DNA from: a virus | Lineage: Duplodnaviria; Heunggongvirae; Uroviricota; Caudoviricetes | IMG/VR virus record: IMGVR_UViG_2939147180_000005 | Coordinates: 1-38,436 of that record | Direction: 5' to 3' (one strand) | Length of the DNA stretch: 38,436 nucleotides | In this document: positions 37,201-38,436 of the stretch, piece after piece | Layout: each line of letters begins with the position of its first letter | Numbering within the stretch: the first letter of the stretch is position 1 | Notes under the pieces: generated by a model | What the model was told of the DNA's origin: nothing | The model's database searches: none | The model's input: the letters and a program-made list of their open reading frames with translations, nothing else | Made by a program: the position numbers and the translations under genes

Positions 37201-38436
37201 ATGTCTAAATTACCAACAGGTGTCGAGATTAGAGGTAGAAACATTCGCATCTGGTTCATGTTTCGAGGAAAACGATGTCGGGAAACATTAAAAGGCTGGG
37301 AGATTACAAACAGTAATATTAAAAAAGCCGGAAATTTAAGAGCGCTGATAGTTCATGAAATAAACTCCGGTGAATTTGAGTATTTAAGACGTTTTCCCCA
37401 GTCCAGCACTGGGGCAAAAATGGTGACAACGAGAGTCATAAAAACGTTCGGGGAGCTTTGTGATATCTGGACAAAAATTAAAGAGACAGAGTTAACAACA
37501 AACACAATGAAGAAAACGAAATCACAATTAAAAACACTCAGAATAATAATTTGTGAAAGTACCCCGATATCATATATTCGTTATAGCGATATCTTAAACT
37601 ACCGGAATGAACTGCTGCATGGAGAAACGCTTTACCTGGATAATCCAAGATCCAACAAAAAAGGAAGAACCGTGCGCACAGTTGATAACTATATCGCCCT
37701 GCTCTGTTCGCTGTTACGTTTTGCGTATCAGTCGGGATTTATATCAACCAAACCATTTGAAGGAGTAAAAAAATTACAGCGAAACAGAATAAAGCCTGAC
37801 CCGTTATCTAAAACAGAATTCAATGCATTAATGGAAAGTGAAAAAGGACAGAGCCAAAACTTGTGGAAATTTGCCGTTTACTCCGGGCTTCGTCACGGGG
37901 AACTGGCAGCTCTGGCGTGGGAGGATGTGGATTTCGAGAAGGGAATTGTGAATGTCAGAAGAAACCTGACGATACTTGATATGTTCGGTCCCCCAAAAAC
38001 AAATGCCGGGATCCGGACGGTAACATTACTACAGCCAGCTCTTGAAGCACTGAAGGAGCAATACAAACTGACCGGGCATCATCGCAAAAGCGAAATCACT
38101 TTTTATCATCGGGAGTACGGCAGAACCGAAAAGCAAAAACTGCATTTTGTTTTCATGCCCAGGATGTGTAACGGAAAACAGAAACCTTATTACTCGGTAA
38201 GCAGTTTGGGTGCGAGATGGAATGCAGCAGTAAAACGTGCTGGTATTCGCCGCCGTAATCCGTACCATACGCGACATACTTTTGCCTGCTGGCTGTTGAC
38301 GGCAGGAGCGAACCCGGCATTTATAGCCAGCCAGATGGGGCATGAAACTGCGCAGATGGTGTATGAAATTTACGGTATGTGGATTGATGACATGAACGAC
38401 GAACAGGTAGCTATGTTGAATGCGCGGTTATCGTAG
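37201..38436 (+). CDS. intR: Tyrosine integrase (IntR-like)
   Basis: 411-aa ORF with C-terminal catalytic motifs …RHGELAALAWEDVD… and …HTRHTFACWLL…GHETAQMVYEIY…; window ends at its stop codon. Confidence 0.9.
   Translation: MSKLPTGVEIRGRNIRIWFMFRGKRCRETLKGWEITNSNIKKAGNLRALIVHEINSGEFEYLRRFPQSSTGAKMVTTRVIKTFGELCDIWTKIKETELTTNTMKKTKSQLKTLRIIICESTPISYIRYSDILNYRNELLHGETLYLDNPRSNKKGRTVRTVDNYIALLCSLLRFAYQSGFISTKPFEGVKKLQRNRIKPDPLSKTEFNALMESEKGQSQNLWKFAVYSGLRHGELAALAWEDVDFEKGIVNVRRNLTILDMFGPPKTNAGIRTVTLLQPALEALKEQYKLTGHHRKSEITFYHREYGRTEKQKLHFVFMPRMCNGKQKPYYSVSSLGARWNAAVKRAGIRRRNPYHTRHTFACWLLTAGANPAFIASQMGHETAQMVYEIYGMWIDDMNDEQVAMLNARLS

Overview
This window reads as a Rac-type lambdoid prophage of E. 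coli/Shigella, with one AT-rich cargo island and two IS elements. All calls come from reading the sequence and the ORF track against remembered protein families; no database search was run, so family names and gene symbols are recollections to verify. The ORF track uses ATG/GTG/TTG starts, so several starts were re-chosen by ribosome-binding-site inspection. Layout, left to right: (1) the 5' end of a SitB/MntB-like ABC ATPase gene, cut by an IS1 (159-926) that has no target-site duplication; (2) a minus-strand late operon running TerS, TerL, portal, head morphogenesis, scaffold, capsid, head-tail joining, major tail, tail chaperone, which stops before any tape-measure or fibre gene; (3) a ParB-like nuclease plus DxD glycosyltransferase-like pair upstream of TerS; (4) the trkG moron; (5) a phage-21-type lysis cassette; (6) a tandem tRNA cluster and a Q-like gene; (7) nin-like genes and a hok/mok toxin locus; (8) an AT-rich island (~19.9-26.5 kb) holding an 853-aa Mrr-like nuclease/STAND-NTPase protein and a 534-aa membrane protein, separated by a decayed IS30-family element; (9) the replication/immunity module (ydaV/U/T/S-like, racR) with iteron-like palindromes and operator repeats; (10) the plus-strand early operon kilR-ydaE-racC-recE-recT-ralR-ydaC-xis-int, ending exactly at the int stop codon. 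The strongest candidate for an undescribed system is the nuclease/STAND-NTPase gene, possibly together with its membrane-protein neighbour.
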